In this document: piece after piece, positions 14,101 to 30,500 of the stretch
How the letters are laid out: each line of letters begins with the position of its first letter
Position numbering within the stretch: position 1 is the first letter of the stretch
Origin: Eledone cirrhosa
Lineage: Eukaryota
DNA length: 64,000 nucleotides
Direction: 5' to 3'
Assembly: GCA_964016885.1 (NCBI GenBank)
Contig: OZ024741.1
Span: forward strand, 32,488,001 to 32,552,000
Translations under genes and position numbers: made by a program
Notes under the pieces: model-generated
Seen by the model: the letters and a program-made list of their open reading frames with translations, nothing else
The model's database searches: none
Told to the model about the DNA's origin: nothing

Positions 14101-15050
14101 TCTGTATAATATTTGTATTTATTCCAGATGTAATAAGCCTACATATCTCAGTTGTTATACAACATGGCTGTATAATATTTGTATTTATTCCAGATGTAAT
14201 AAGCCTACATATCTCAGTTGTTATACAACATGTCTGTATAATATTTGTATTTATTCCAGATGTAATAAGCCTACATATCTCAGTTGTTATACAACATGGC
14301 TGTATAATATTTGTATTTATTCCAGATGTAATATGCCTACATATCTCAGTTGTTATACAAAATGGCTGTATAATATTTGTATTTATTGCAGATGTAATAA
14401 ATCTACATATCTCAGATGTTATACAACATGGCTGTAGACTATTTGTATTTATTCCAGATGTAATAAGCCTACATATCTCAGATGTTATACAACATGGCTG
14501 TATAATATTTGTATTTATTCCAGATCTAATAAGCCTACATATCGCAGATTTTATACAACATGGCTGTATAATATTTGTACTTATTGCAGATGTAATAAGC
14601 CTACATATCTCAGTTGTTATACAACATGGCTGTATAATATCTGTATTTATTCCAGATGTAATAAGCCTACATATCTCAGTTGTTATACAACATGGCTGTA
14701 TAATATTTGTATTTATTCCAGATGTAATATGCCTACATATCTCAGTTGTTATACAACATGGCTGTATAATATTTGTATTTATTCCAGATGTAATATGCCT
14801 ACATATCTCAGTTGTTATACAACATGGCTGTATAATATTTGTATGTATTCCAGATGTAATAAACCTACATATCTCAGTTGTTATACAACATGTCTGTATA
14901 ATATCTGTATTTATTCCAGATGTAATAAGCCTACATATCTCAGTTGTTATACAACATGGCTGTATAATATTTGTATTTATTCCAGATGTAATATGCCTAC
15001 ATATCTCAGTTGTTATACAACATGGCTGTATAATATTTGTATTTATTCCA
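5150..15050 (+). repeat. Overlapping 4423-bp (67-monomer) and 2047-bp (31-monomer) duplications, approximate limits
   Basis: CTCATATG variant at 5370/9793 (+4423). CAACATATCTG at ~6640/~11063/~13110 (+4423, +2047). ATCGCAGATTTT at ~8071/~12296/~14541. ORF pairs 5684/10107, 7027/11450/13497 and 8259/14729. Confidence 0.78.
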
Positions 15051-18000
15051 GATGTAATAAGCCTACATATCTCAGATGTTATACAACATGGCTGTATAAT
15101 ATTTGTATTTATTCCATATGTAATAAGCCTACATTTCGCAGTTGTTATACAGCATGGCTGTATAATATTTGTATTTATTCAAGATGTAATAAGCCTACAT
15201 ATCTCAATTGTCATACAACATGGCTGTATAATATTTGTATTTATTCCAGATGTAATAAGCCTACATATCTCAGTTGTTATACAACATGTCTGTATAATAT
15301 TTGTATTTATTCCAGATGTAATAAGCCTACATATCTCAGTTGTTATACAACATGGCTGTATAATATTTGTATTTATTCCAGATGTAATATGCCTACATAT
15401 CTCAGTTGTTATACAACATGGCTGTATAATATTTGTATTTATTCCAGATGTAATAAACCTACATATCTCAGTTGTTATACAACATGTCTGTATAATATCT
15501 GTATTTATTCCAGATGTAATAAGCCTACATATCTCAATTGTTATACAACATGGCTGTATAATATTTGTATTTATTCCAGATGTAATATGCCTACATATCT
15601 CAGTTGTTATACAACATGGCTGTATAATATTTGTATTTATTCCAGATGTAATAAGCCTACATATCTCAGTTGTTATGCAACATGGATGTATAATATTTGT
15701 ATTTATTCCAGATGTAATAAGCCTACATATCTCAGATGTTATACAACATGGCTGTATAATATTTGTATTTATTCCATATGTAATAAGCCTACATTTCGCA
15801 GTTGTTATACAGCATGGCTGTATAATATTTGTATTTATTCAAGATGTAATAAGCCTACATATCTCAATTGTCATACAACATGGCTGTATAATATTTGTAT
15901 TTATTCCAGATGTAATAAGCCTTCATATCTCAGTTGTTGTACAACATGGCTGTATAATATTTGTATTTATTGCAGATGTAATAAATCTACATATTTCAGA
16001 TGTTATACAACATGGCTGTAGACTATTTGTATTTATTCCAGATGTAATAAACCTACATATCTCAGATGTTATACAACATGGCTGTATAATATTTGTATTT
16101 ATTCCAGATGTAATAAGCCTACATATCTCAGATGTTATACAACATGGCTGTATAATATTTGTATTTATTCCAGATCTAATAAGCCTACATATCTCAGATT
16201 TTATACAACATGGCTGTATAATATTTGTACTTATTGCAGTTGTAATAAGCCTACATATCTCAGATGTTATACAACATGGCTGTATACTATTTCTATTTAT
16301 TCCAGATGTAATAAGCCTACATATCTCAGATGTTATACAACATGGCTGTATAATATTTGTATTTATTCCAGATGTAATATGCCTACATATCTCAGTTGTT
16401 ATACAACATGGCTGTATAATATTTGTATTTATTCCAGATGTAATAAATCTACATATCTCAGTTGTTATACAACATGTCTGTATAATATTTGTATTTATTC
16501 CAGATGTAATAAGCCTACATATCTCAGTTGTTATACAACATGGCTGTATAATATTTGTATTTATTCCAGATTTAATAAGCCTACATATCTCCGTTGTTAT
16601 ACAACATGTCTGTATAATATTTGTATTTATTCCAGATGTAATAAGCCTACATATCTCAGTTGTTATACAACATGGCTGTATAATATTTGTATTTATTCCA
16701 GATGTAATATGCCTACATATCTCAGTTGTTATACAACATGGCTGTATAATATTTGTATTTATTCCAGATGTAATAAACCTACATATCTCAGTTGTTATAC
16801 AACATGTCTGTATAATATCTGTATTTATTCCAGATGTAATAAGCCTACATATCTCAGTTGTTATACAACATGGCTGTATAATATTTGTATTTATTCCAGA
16901 TGTAATATGCCTACATATCTCAGTTGTTATACAACATGGCTGTATAATATTTGTATTTATTCCAGATGTAATAAGCCTATATATCTCAGTTGTTATACAA
17001 CATGGCTGTATAATATTTGTATTTATTTCAGATGTAATAAGCCTACACATCTCAGATGTTATACAACATGGCTGTATAATATTTGTATTTATTCCAGATG
17101 TAATAAGCCTACATTTCGCAGTTGTTATACAGCATGGCTGTATAATATTTGTATTTATTCCAGATGTAATAAGCCTACATATCTCAGATGTTATACAACA
17201 TGGCTGTATAAGTTTTTGTATTTATTCCATATGTAATAAGCCTACATTTCGCAGTTGTTATACAGCATGGCTGTATAATATTTGTATTTATTCAAGATGT
17301 AATAACCCTACATATCTCAAATGTCATACAACATGGCTGTATAATATTTGTATTTATTCCAGATGTAATAAGCCTACATATCTCAGTTGTTATACAACAT
17401 GTCTGTATAATATTTGTATTTATTCCAGATGTAATAAGCCTACATATCTCAGTTGTTATACAACATGTCTGTATAATATTTGTATTTATTCCAGATGTAA
17501 TATGCCTACATATCTCAGTTGTTATACAACATGGCTGTATAATATTTGTATTTATTCCAGATGTAATAAACCTACATGTCTCAGTTGTTATACAACATGT
17601 CTGTATAATATCTGTATTTATTCCAGATGTAATAAGCCTACATATCTCAGTTGTTATATAACATGGCTGTATAATATTTGTATTTATTCCAGATGTAATA
17701 TGCCTACATATCTCAGTTGTTATACAACATGGCTGTATAATATTTGTATTTATTCCAGATGTAATAAGCCTACATATCTCAGTTGTTATGCAACATGGCT
17801 GTATAATATTTGTATTTATTCCAGATGTAATAAGCCTACATATCTCAGATGTTATACAACATGGCTGTATAATATTTGTATTTATTCCAGATGTAATAAG
17901 CCTACATTTCGCAGTTGTTATACAGCATGGCTGTATAATATTTGTATTTATTCCAGATGTAATAAGCCTACATATCTCAGATGTTATACACCATGGCTGT

Positions 18001-21000
18001 ATAATATTTGTATTTATTCCATATGTAATAAGCCTACATTTCGCAGTTGTTATACAGCATGGCTGTATAATATTTGTATTTATTCAAGATGTAATAAGCC
18101 TACATATCTCAATTGTCATACAACATGGCTGTATAATATTTGTATTTATTCCAGATGTAATAAGCCTACATATCTCAGTTGTTATACAACATGGCTGTAT
18201 AATATTTGTATTTATTCCAGATGTAATAAGCCTACATATCTCAGTTGTTATACAACATGGCTGTATAATATTTGTATTTATTCCAGATGTAATAAGCCTA
18301 CATATCTCAGTTGTTATACAACATGGCTGTATAATATTTGTATTTATTGAAGATGTAATAAACCTACATATCTCAGATGTTATACAACATGGCTGTAGAC
18401 TATTTGTATTTATTCCAGATGTAATAAACCTACATATCTCAGATGTTATACAACACGGCTGTATAATATTTGTATTTATTCCAGATGTAATAAGCCTACA
18501 TATCTCAGATGTTATACAACATGGCTGTATAATATTTGTATTTATTCCAGATCTAATAAGCCTACATATCTCAGATTTTATACAACATGGCTGTATAATA
18601 TTTGTACTTATTGCAGATGTAATAAGCCTACATATCTCAGATGTTATACAACATGGCTGTATACTATTTCTATTTATTCCAGATGTAATAAGCCTACATA
18701 TCTCAGGTGTTATACAACATGGCTGTATAATATTTGTATTTATTCCAGATGTAATATGCCTACATATCTCAGTTGTTATACAACATGGCTGTATAATATT
18801 TGTATTTATTCCAGATGTAATAAATCTACATATCTCAGTTGTTATACAACATGTCTGTATAATATTTGTATTTATTCCAGATGTAATAAGCCTACATATC
18901 TCAGTTGTTATACAACATGGCTGTATAATATTTGTATTTATTCCAGATGTAATATGCCTACATATCTCAGTTTTTATACAACATGGCTGTATAATATTTG
19001 TTTTTATTGCAGATGTAATAAGCCTACATATCTCAGTTGTTATACAACATGTCTGTATAATATTTGTATTTATTGCAGATGTAATAAGCCTACATATCTC
19101 AGTTGTTATACAACATGGCTGTATACTATTTGTATTTATTCCAGATGTAATAAGCCTACATATCTCAGTTGTTATACAACATGTCTGTATAATATTTGTA
19201 TTTATTCCAGATGTAATAAGCCTACATATCTCAGTTGTTATACAACATGGCTGTATAATATTTGTATTTATTCCAGATGTAATATGCCTACATATCTCAG
19301 TTGTTATACAACATGGCTGTATAATATTTGTATTTATTCCAGATGTAATAAACCTACATATCTCAGTTGTTATACAACATGTCTGTATAATATCTGTATT
19401 TATTCCAGATGTAATAAGCCTACATATCTCAGTTGTTATACAACATGGCTGTATAATATTTGTATTTATTCCAGATGTAATATGCCTACATATCTCAGTT
19501 GTTATACAACATGGCTGTATAATATTTGTATTTATTCCAGATGTAATATGCCTACATATCTCAGTTGTTATACAACATGGCTGTATAATATTTGTATTTA
19601 TTCCAGATGTAATAAACCTACATATCTCAGTTGTTATACAACATGTCTGTATAATATCTGTATTTATTCCAGATGTAATAAGCCTACATATCTCAGTTGT
19701 TATACAACATGGCTGTATAATATTTGTATTTATTCCAGATGTAATATGCCTACATATCTCAGTTGTTATACAACATGGCTGTATAATATTTGTATTTATT
19801 CCAGATGTAATATGCCTACATATCTCAGTTGTTATACAACATGGCTGTATAATATTTGTATGTATTCCAGATGTAATAAACCTACATATCTCAGTTGTTA
19901 TACAACATGTCTGTATAATATCTGTATTTATTCCAGATGTAATAAGCCTACGTATCTCAGTTGTTATACAACATGGCTGTATAATATTTGTATTTATTCC
20001 AGATGTAATATGCCTACATATCTCAGTTGTTATACAACATGGCTGTATAATATTTGTATTTATTCCAGATGTAATAAGCCTACATATCTCAGTTGTTATG
20101 CAACATGGCTGTATAATATTTGTATTTATTCCAGATGTAATAAGCCTACATATCTCAGATGTTATACAACATGGCTGTATAATATTTGTATTTATTCCAG
20201 ATGTAATAAGCCTACATTTCGCAGTTGTTATACAGCATGGCTGTATAATATTTGTATTTATTCCAGATGTAATAAGCCTACATATCTCAGATGTTATACA
20301 ACATGGCTGTATAATATTTGTATTTATTCCATATGTAATAAGCCTACATTTCGCAGTTGTTATACAGCATGGCTGTATAATATTTGTATTTATTCAAGAT
20401 GTAATAAGCCTACATATCTCAATTGTCATACAACATGGCTGTATAATATTTGTATTTATTCCAGATGTAATAAGCCTACATATCTCAGTTGTTATACAAC
20501 ATGTCTGTATAATATTTGTATTTATTCCAGATGTAATAAGCCTACATATCTCAGTTGTTATACAACATGGCTGTATAATATTTGTATTTATTCCAGATGT
20601 AATATGCCTACATATCTCAGTTGTTATACAACATGGCTGTATAATATTTGTATTTATTCCAGATGTAATAAACCTACATATCTCAGTTGTTATACAACAT
20701 GTCTGTATAATATCTGTATTTATTCCAGATTTAATAAGCCTACATATCTCAATTGTTATACAACATGGCTGTATAATATTTGTATTTATTCCAGATGTAA
20801 TATGCCTACATATCTCAGTTGTTATACAACATGGCTGTATAATATTTGTATTTATTCCAGATGTAATAAGCCTACATATCTCAGTTGTTATGCAACATGG
20901 ATGTATAATATTTGTATTTATTCCAGATGTAATAAGCCTACATATCTCAGATGTTATACAACATGGCTGTATAATATTTGTATTTATTCCATATGTAATA

Positions 21001-24000
21001 AGCCTACATTTCGCAGTTGTTATACAGCATGGCTGTATAATATTTGTATTTATTCAAGATGTAGTAAGCCTACATATCTCAATTGTCATACAACATGGCT
21101 GTATAATATTTGTATTTATTCCAGATGTAATAAGCCTTCATATCTCAGTTGTTGTACAACATGGCTGTATAATATTTGTATTTATTGCAGATGTAATAAA
21201 TCTACATATTTCAGATGTTATACAACATGGCTGTAGACTATTTGTATTTATTCCAGATGTAATAAACCTACATATCTCAGATGTTATACAACATGGCTGT
21301 ATAATATTTGTATTTATTCCAGATGTAATAAGCCTACATATCTCAGATGTTATACAACATGGCTGTATAATATTTGTATTTATTCCAGATCTAATAAGCC
21401 TACATATCTCAGATTTTATACAACATGGCTGTATAATATTTGTACTTATTGCAGTTGTAATAAGCCTACATATCTCAGATGTTATACAACATGGCTGTAT
21501 ACTATTTCTATTTATTCCAGATGTAATAAGCCTACATATCTCAGATGTTATACAACATGGCTGTATAATATTTGTATTTATTCCAGATGTAATATGCCTA
21601 CATATCTCAGTTGTTATACAACATGGCTGTATAATATTTGTATTTATTCCAGATGTAATAAATCTACATATCTCAGTTGTTATACAACATGTCTGTATAA
21701 TATTTGTATTTATTCCAGATGTAATAAGCCTACATATCTCAGTTGTTATACAACATGGCTGTATAATATTTGTATTTATTCCAGATTTAATAAGCCTACA
21801 TATCTCCGTTGTTATACAACATGTCTGTATAATATTTGTATTTATTCCAGATGTAATAAGCCTACATATCTCAGTTGTTATACAACATGGCTGTATAATA
21901 TTTGTATTTATTCCAGATGTAATATGCCTACATATCTCAGTTGTTATACAACATGGCTGTATAATATTTGTATTTATTCCAGATGTAATAAACCTACATA
22001 TCTCAGTTGTTATACAACATGTCTGTATAATATCTGTATTTATTCCAGATGTAATAAGCCTACATATCTCAGTTGTTATACAACATGGCTGTATAATATT
22101 TGTATTTATTCCAGATGTAATATGCCTACATATCTCAGTTGTTATACAACATGGCTGTATAATATTTGTATTTATTCCAGATGTAATAAGCCTATATATC
22201 TCAGTTGTTATGCAACATGGCTGTATAATATTTGTATTTATTTCAGATGTAATAAGCCTACACATCTCAGATGTTATACAACATGGCTGTATAATATTTG
22301 TATTTATTCCAGATGTAATAAGCCTACATTTCGCAGTTGTTATACAGCATGGCTGTATAATATTTGTATTTATTCCAGATGTAATAAGCCTACATATCTC
22401 AGATGTTATACAACATGGCTGTATAAGTTTTTGTATTTATTCCATATGTAATAAGCCTACATTTCGCAGTTGTTATACAGCATGGCTGTATAATATTTGT
22501 ATTTATTCAAGATGTAATAACCCTACATATCTCAAATGTCATACAACATGGCTGTATAATATTTGTATTTATTCCAGATGTAATAAGCCTACATATCTCA
22601 GTTGTTATACAACATGTCTGTATAATATTTGTATTTATTCCAGATGTAATATGCCTACATATCTCAGTTGTTATACAACATGGCTGTATAATATTTGTAT
22701 TTATTCCAGATGTAATAAACCTACATGTCTCAGTTGTTATACAACATGTCTGTATAATATCTGTATTTATTCCAGATGTAATAAGCCTACATATCTCAGT
22801 TGTTATATAACATGGCTGTATAATATTTGTATTTATTCCAGATGTAATATGCCTACATATCTCAGTTGTTATACAACATGGCTGTATAATATTTGTATTT
22901 ATTCCAGATGTAATAAGCCTACATATCTCAGTTGTTATGCAACATGGCTGTATAATATTTGTATTTATTCCAGATGTAATAAGCCTACATATCTCAGATG
23001 TTATACAACATGGCTGTATAATATTTGTATTTATTCCAGATGTAATAAGCCTACATTTCGCAGTTGTTATACAGCATGGCTGTATAATATTTGTATTTAT
23101 TCCAGATGTAATAAGCCTACATATCTCAGATGTTATACACCATGGCTGTATAATATTTGTATTTATTCCATATGTAATAAGCCTACATTTCGCAGTTGTT
23201 ATACAGCATGGCTGTATAATATTTGTATTTATTCAAGATGTAATAAGCCTACATATCTCAATTGTCATACAACATGGCTGTATAATATTTGTATTTATTC
23301 CAGATGTAATAAGCCTACATATCTCAGTTGTTATACAACATGGCTGTATAATATTTGTATTTATTCCAGATGTAATAAGCCTACATATCTCAGTTGTTAT
23401 ACAACATGGCTGTATAATATTTGTATTTATTCCAGATGTAATAAGCCTACATATCTCAGTTGTTATACAACATGGCTGTATAATATTTGTATTTATTGAA
23501 GATGTAATAAACCTACATATCTCAGATGTTATACAACATGGCTGTAGACTATTTGTATTTATTCCAGATGTAATAAACCTACATATCTCAGATGTTATAC
23601 AACACGGCTGTATAATATTTGTATTTATTCCAGATGTAATAAGCCTACATATCTCAGATGTTATACAACATGGCTGTATAATATTTGTATTTATTCCAGA
23701 TCTAATAAGCCTACATATCTCAGATTTTATACAACATGGCTGTATAATATTTGTACTTATTGCAGATGTAATAAGCCTACATATCTCAGATGTTATACAA
23801 CATGGCTGTATACTATTTCTATTTATTCCAGATGTAATAAGCCTACATATCTCAGGTGTTATACAACATGGCTGTATAATATTTGTATTTATTCCAGATG
23901 TAATATGCCTACATATCTCAGTTGTTATACAACATGGCTGTATAATATTTGTATTTATTCCAGATGTAATAAATCTACATATCTCAGTTGTTATACAACA

Positions 24001-24600
24001 TGTCTGTATAATATTTGTATTTATTCCAGATGTAATAAGCCTACATATCTCAGTTGTTATACAACATGGCTGTATAATATTTGTATTTATTCCAGATGTA
24101 ATATGCCTACATATCTCAGTTTTTATACAACATGGCTGTATAATATTTGTATTTATTGCAGATGTAATAAGCCTACATATCTCAGTTGTTATACAACATG
24201 TCTGTATAATATTTGTATTTATTCCAGATGTAATAAGCCTACATATCTCAGTTGTTATACAACATGGCTGTATACTATTTGTATTTATTCCAGATGTAAT
24301 AAGCCTACATATCTCAGTTGTTATACAACATGTCTGTATAATATTTGTATTTATTCCAGATGTAATAAGCCTACATATCTCAGTTGTTATACAACATGGC
24401 TGTATAATATTTGTATTTATTCCAGATGTAATATGCCTACATATCTCAGTTGTTATACAACATGGCTGTATAATATTTGTATTTATTCCAGATGTAATAA
24501 ACCTACATATCTCAGTTGTTATACAACATGTCTGTATAATATCTGTATTTATTCCAGATGTAATAAGCCTACATATCTCAGTTGTTATACAACATGTCTG
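14600..24600 (+). repeat. ~5.0-5.2 kb (76-79 monomer) tandem duplication, approximate limits
   Basis: GTATGTATT ~14841/~19858 (+5017). CCTTCATA, CTCCGTTG, CCTATATA and CTACACATC recur at +5215 (identical minus ORFs 15923/21138). The offset becomes +5149 after loss of one monomer (17788/22937). Confidence 0.8.
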
Positions 24601-27533
24601 TATAATATCTGTATTTATTCCAGATGTAATAAGCCTACATATCTCAGTTGTTATACAACATGGCTGTATAATATTTGTATTTATTCCAGATGTAATATGC
24701 CTACATATCTCAGTTGTTATACAACATGGCTGTATAATATTTGTATTTATTCCAGATGTAATAAACCTACATATCTCAGTTGTTATACAACATGTCTGTA
24801 TAATATCTGTATTTATTCCAGATGTAATAAGCCTACATATCTCAGTTGTTATACAACATGGCTGTATAATATTTGTATTTATTCCAGATGTAATATGCCT
24901 ACATATCTCAGTTGTTATACAACATGGCTGTATAATATTTGTATTTATTCCAGATGTAATAAGCCTATATATCTCAGTTGTTATGCAACATGGCTGTATA
25001 ATATTTGTATTTATTTCAGATGTAATAAGCCTACACATCTCAGATGTTATACAACATGGCTGTATAATATTTGTATTTATTCCAGATGTAATAAGCCTAC
25101 ATTTCGCAGTTGTTATACAGCATGGCTGTATAATATTTGTATTTATTCCAGATGTAATAAGCCTACATATCTCAGATGTTATACAACATGGCTGTATAAG
25201 TTTTTGTATTTATTCCATATGTAATAAGCCTACATTTCGCAGTTGTTATACAGCATGGCTGTATAATATTTGTATTTATTCAAGATGTAATAACCCTACA
25301 TATCTCAAATGTCATACAACATGGCTGTATAATATTTGTATTTATTCCAGATGTAATAAGCCTACATATCTCAGTTGTTATACAACATGTCTGTATAATA
25401 TTTGTATTTATTCCAGATGTAATATGCCTACATATCTCAGTTGTTATACAACATGGCTGTATAATATTTGTATTTATTCCAGATGTAATAAACCTACATG
25501 TCTCAGTTGTTATACAACATGTCTGTATAATATCTGTATTTATTCCAGATGTAATAAGCCTACATATCTCAGTTGTTATATAACATGGCTGTATAATATT
25601 TGTATTTATTCCAGATGTAATATGCCTACATATCTCAGTTGTTATACAACATGGCTGTATAATATTTGTATTTATTCCAGATGTAATAAGCCTACATATC
25701 TCAGTTGTTATGCAACATGGCTGTATAATATTTGTATTTATTCCAGATGTAATAAGCCTACATATCTCAGATGTTATACAACATGGCTGTATAATATTTG
25801 TATTTATTCCAGATGTAATAAGCCTACATTTCGCAGTTGTTATACAGCATGGCTGTATAATATTTGTATTTATTCCAGATGTAATAAGCCTACATATCTC
25901 AGATGTTATACACCATGGCTGTATAATATTTGTATTTATTCCATATGTAATAAGCCTACATTTCGCAGTTGTTATACAGCATGGCTGTATAATATTTGTA
26001 TTTATTCAAGATGTAATAAGCCTACATATCTCAATTGTCATACAACATGGCTGTATAATATTTGTATTTATTCCAGATGTAATAAGCCTACATATCTCAG
26101 TTGTTATACAACATGGCTGTATAATATTTGTATTTATTCCAGATGTAATAAGCCTACATATCTCAGTTGTTATACAACATGGCTGTATAATATTTGTATT
26201 TATTCCAGATGTAATAAGCCTACATATCTCAGTTGTTATACAACATGGCTGTATAATATTTGTATTTATTGAAGATGTAATAAACCTACATATCTCAGAT
26301 GTTATACAACATGGCTGTAGACTATTTGTATTTATTCCAGATGTAATAAACCTACATATCTCAGATGTTATACAACACGGCTGTATAATATTTGTATTTA
26401 TTCCAGATGTAATAAGCCTACATATCTCAGATGTTATACAACATGGCTGTATAATATTTGTATTTATTCCAGATCTAATAAGCCTACATATCTCAGATTT
26501 TATACAACATGGCTGTATAATATTTGTACTTATTGCAGATGTAATAAGCCTACATATCTCAGATGTTATACAACATGGCTGTATACTATTTCTATTTATT
26601 CCAGATGTAATAAGCCTACATATCTCAGGTGTTATACAACATGGCTGTATAATATTTGTATTTATTCCAGATGTAATATGCCTACATATCTCAGTTGTTA
26701 TACAACATGGCTGTATAATATTTGTATTTATTCCAGATGTAATAAATCTACATATCTCAGTTGTTATACAACATGTCTGTATAATATTTGTATTTATTCC
26801 AGATGTAATAAGCCTACATATCTCAGTTGTTATACAACATGGCTGTATAATATTTGTATTTATTCCAGATGTAATATGCCTACATATCTCAGTTTTTATA
26901 CAACATGGCTGTATAATATTTGTATTTATTGCAGATGTAATAAGCCTACATATCTCAGTTGTTATACAACATGTCTGTATAATATTTGTATTTATTCCAG
27001 ATGTAATAAGCCTACATATCTCAGTTGTTATACAACATGGCTGTATACTATTTGTATTTATTCCAGATGTAATAAGCCTACATATCTCAGTTGTTATACA
27101 ACATGTCTGTATAATATTTGTATTTATTCCAGATGTAATAAGCCTACATATCTCAGTTGTTATACAACATGGCTGTATAATATTTGTATTTATTCCAGAT
27201 GTAATATGCCTACATATCTCAGTTGTTATACAACATGGCTGTATAATATTTGTATTTATTCCAGATGTAATAAACCTACATATCTCAGTTGTTATACAAC
27301 ATGTCTGTATAATATCTGTATTTATTCCAGATGTAATAAGCCTACATATCTCAGTTGTTATACAACATGTCTGTATAATATCTGTATTTATTCCAGATGT
27401 AATAAGCCTACATATCTCAGTTGTTATACAACATGGCTGTATAATATTTGTATTTATTCCAGATGTAATATGCCTACATATCTCAGTTGTTATACAACAT
27501 GGCTGTATAATATTTGTATTTATTCCAGATGTA
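21837..27533 (+). repeat. 2773-bp (42-monomer) tandem duplication nested in the 24 kb unit (repeated at ~46066-51762)
   Basis: Markers CCTATATA (22191/24964), AACCCTAC, TACACCATGG, TATTGAAG, ACAACACGG and CTCAGGTG all recur at +2773. ORF starts 22937/25710 and 23905/26678 share the offset. Confidence 0.9.
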
Positions 27534-30500
27534 ATAAGCCTAGATATCTCAGTTGTTATGCAACATGGCTGTATAATATTTGTATTTATTCCAGATGTAA
27601 TAAACCTACATATCCCAGATGTTATACAACATGGCTGTATAATATTTGTATTTATTCCAGATGTAATAAGCCTACATTTCGCAGTTGTTATACAGCATGG
27701 CTGTATAATATTTGTATTTATTCCAGATGTAATAAGCCTACATATCTCAGATGTTATACAACATGGCTGTATAATTTTTTGTATTTATTCCATATGTAAT
27801 AAGCCTACATTTCGCAGTTTTTATACAGCATGGCTGTATAATATTTGTATTTATTCAAGATATAATAAGCCTACATATCTCAAATGTCATACAACATGGC
27901 TGTATAATATTTGTATTTATTCCAGATGTAATAAGCCTACATATCTCAGTTGTTATACAACATGTCTGTATAATATTTATATTTATTCCAGATGTAATAA
28001 GCCTAGATATCTCAGATGTTATACAACATGGCTGTAGACTATTTGTATTTATTCCAGATGTAATAAGCCTACATATCTCAGATGTTATACAACATGGCTG
28101 TATAATATTTGTATTTATTCCAGATGTAATAAGCCTACATATCTCAGATGTTATACAACATGGCTGTATAATATTTGTATTTATTCCAGATCTAATAAGC
28201 CTACATATCTCAGTTTTTATACAACATGGCTGTATAATATTTGTACTTATTGCAGATGTAATAAGCCTACATATCTCAGATGTTATACAACATGGCTGTA
28301 TACTATTTGTATTTATTCCAGATGTAATAAGCCTACATATCTCAGATGTTATACAACATGGCTGTATAATTTTTGTATTTATTCCAGATGTAATATGCCT
28401 ACATATCTCAGTTGTTATACAACATGGCTGTATAATATTTGTATTTATTCCAGATGTAATATGCCTACATATCTCAGTTGTTATACAACATGGCTGTATA
28501 ATATTTGTATTTATTCCAGATGTAATAAGCCTACATATCTCAGTTGTTATACAACATGGCTGTATAATATTTGTATTTATTCCAGATGTAATAAGCCTAC
28601 ATATCTCAGATGTTATACAACATGGCTGTATAATATTTGTATTTATTCCAGATGTAATAAGCCTACATTTCGCAGTTGTTATACAGCATGGCTGTATACT
28701 ATTTGTATTTATTCCAGATGTAATAAGCCTACATATCTCAGATGTTATACAACATGGCTGTATAATATTTGTATTTATTCCAGATGTAATAAGCCTACAT
28801 TTCGCAGTTGTTATACAGCATGGCTGTATAATATTTGCATTTATTCAAGATGTAATAAGCCTACATATCTCAATTGTCATACAACATGGCTGTATAATAT
28901 TTGTATTTATTCCAGATGTAATAAGCCTACATATCTCAGATGTTATACAACATGGCTGTATACTATTTGTATTTATTCCAGATGTAATAAGCCTACATAT
29001 CTCAGATGTTATACAACATGGCTGTATAATATTTGTATTTATTCTAGATGTAATAAGCCTACATATCTCAGATGTTATACAACATGGCTGTATCATATTT
29101 GTATTTATTCCAGATGTAATAAGCCTACATATCTCAGTTGTTATACAACATGGCTGTATAATATTTGTATTTATTGCAGATGTAATAAGCCTACATATCT
29201 CAGTTGTTATACAACATGGCTGTATAATATTTGTATTTATTCCAGATCTAAAAAGCCTACATATCTCAGTTGTTATACAACATGGCTGTATAATATTTGT
29301 ATTTATTCCAGATGTAATAAGCCTACATATTTCAGTTGTTATACAACATGGCTGTATAATATTTGTATTTATTCCAGATGTAATATGCCTACATATCTCA
29401 GTTTTTATACAACATGGCTGTATAATATTTGTATTTATTGCAGATGTAATAAGCCTACATATCTCAGTTGTTATACAACATGTCTGTATAATATTTGTAT
29501 TTATTCCAGATGTAATAAGCCTACATATCTCAGTTGTTATACAACATGGCTGTATAATATTTGTATTTATTCCAGATTTAATAAGCCTACATATCTCAGT
29601 TGTTATACAACATGTCTGTATAATATTTGTATTTATTCCAGATGTAATAAGCCTACATATCTCAGTTATTATACAACATGGCTGTATAATATTTGTATTT
29701 ATTCCAGATGTAATATGCCTACATATCTCAGTTGTTATACAACATGGCTGTATAATATTTGTATTTATTCCAGATGTAATAAAACTACATATCTCAGTTG
29801 TTATACAACATGTCTGTATAATATCTGTATTTATTCCAGATGTAATAAGCCTACATATCTCAGTTGTTATACAACATGGCTGTATAATATTTGTATTTAT
29901 TCCAGATGTAATATGCCTACATATCTCAGTTGTTATACAACATGGCTGTATAATATTTGTATTTATTCCAGATGTAATAAGCCTACATATCTCAGTTGTT
30001 ATGCAACATGGCTGTATAATATTTGTATTTATTTCAGATGTAATAAGCCTACATATCTCAGATGTTATACAACATGGCTGTATAATATTTGTATTTATTC
30101 CAGATGTAATAAGCCTACATTTCGCAGTTGTTATACAGCATGGCTGTATAATATTTGTATTTATTCCAGATGTAATAAGCCTACATATCTCAGATGTTAT
30201 ACAACATGGCTGTATAAGTTTTTGTATTTATTCCATATGTAATAAGCCTACATTTCGCAGTTGTTATACAGCATGGCTGTATAATATTTGTATTTATTCA
30301 AGATGTAATAAGCCTACATATCTCAAATGTCATACAACATGGCTGTATAATATTTGTATTTATTCCAGATGTAATAAGCCTACATATCTCAGTTGTTATA
30401 CAACATGTCTGTATAATATTTGTATTTATTCCAGATGTAATAAGCCTACATATCTCAGTTGTTATACAACATGTCTGTATAATATTTGTATTTATTCCAG

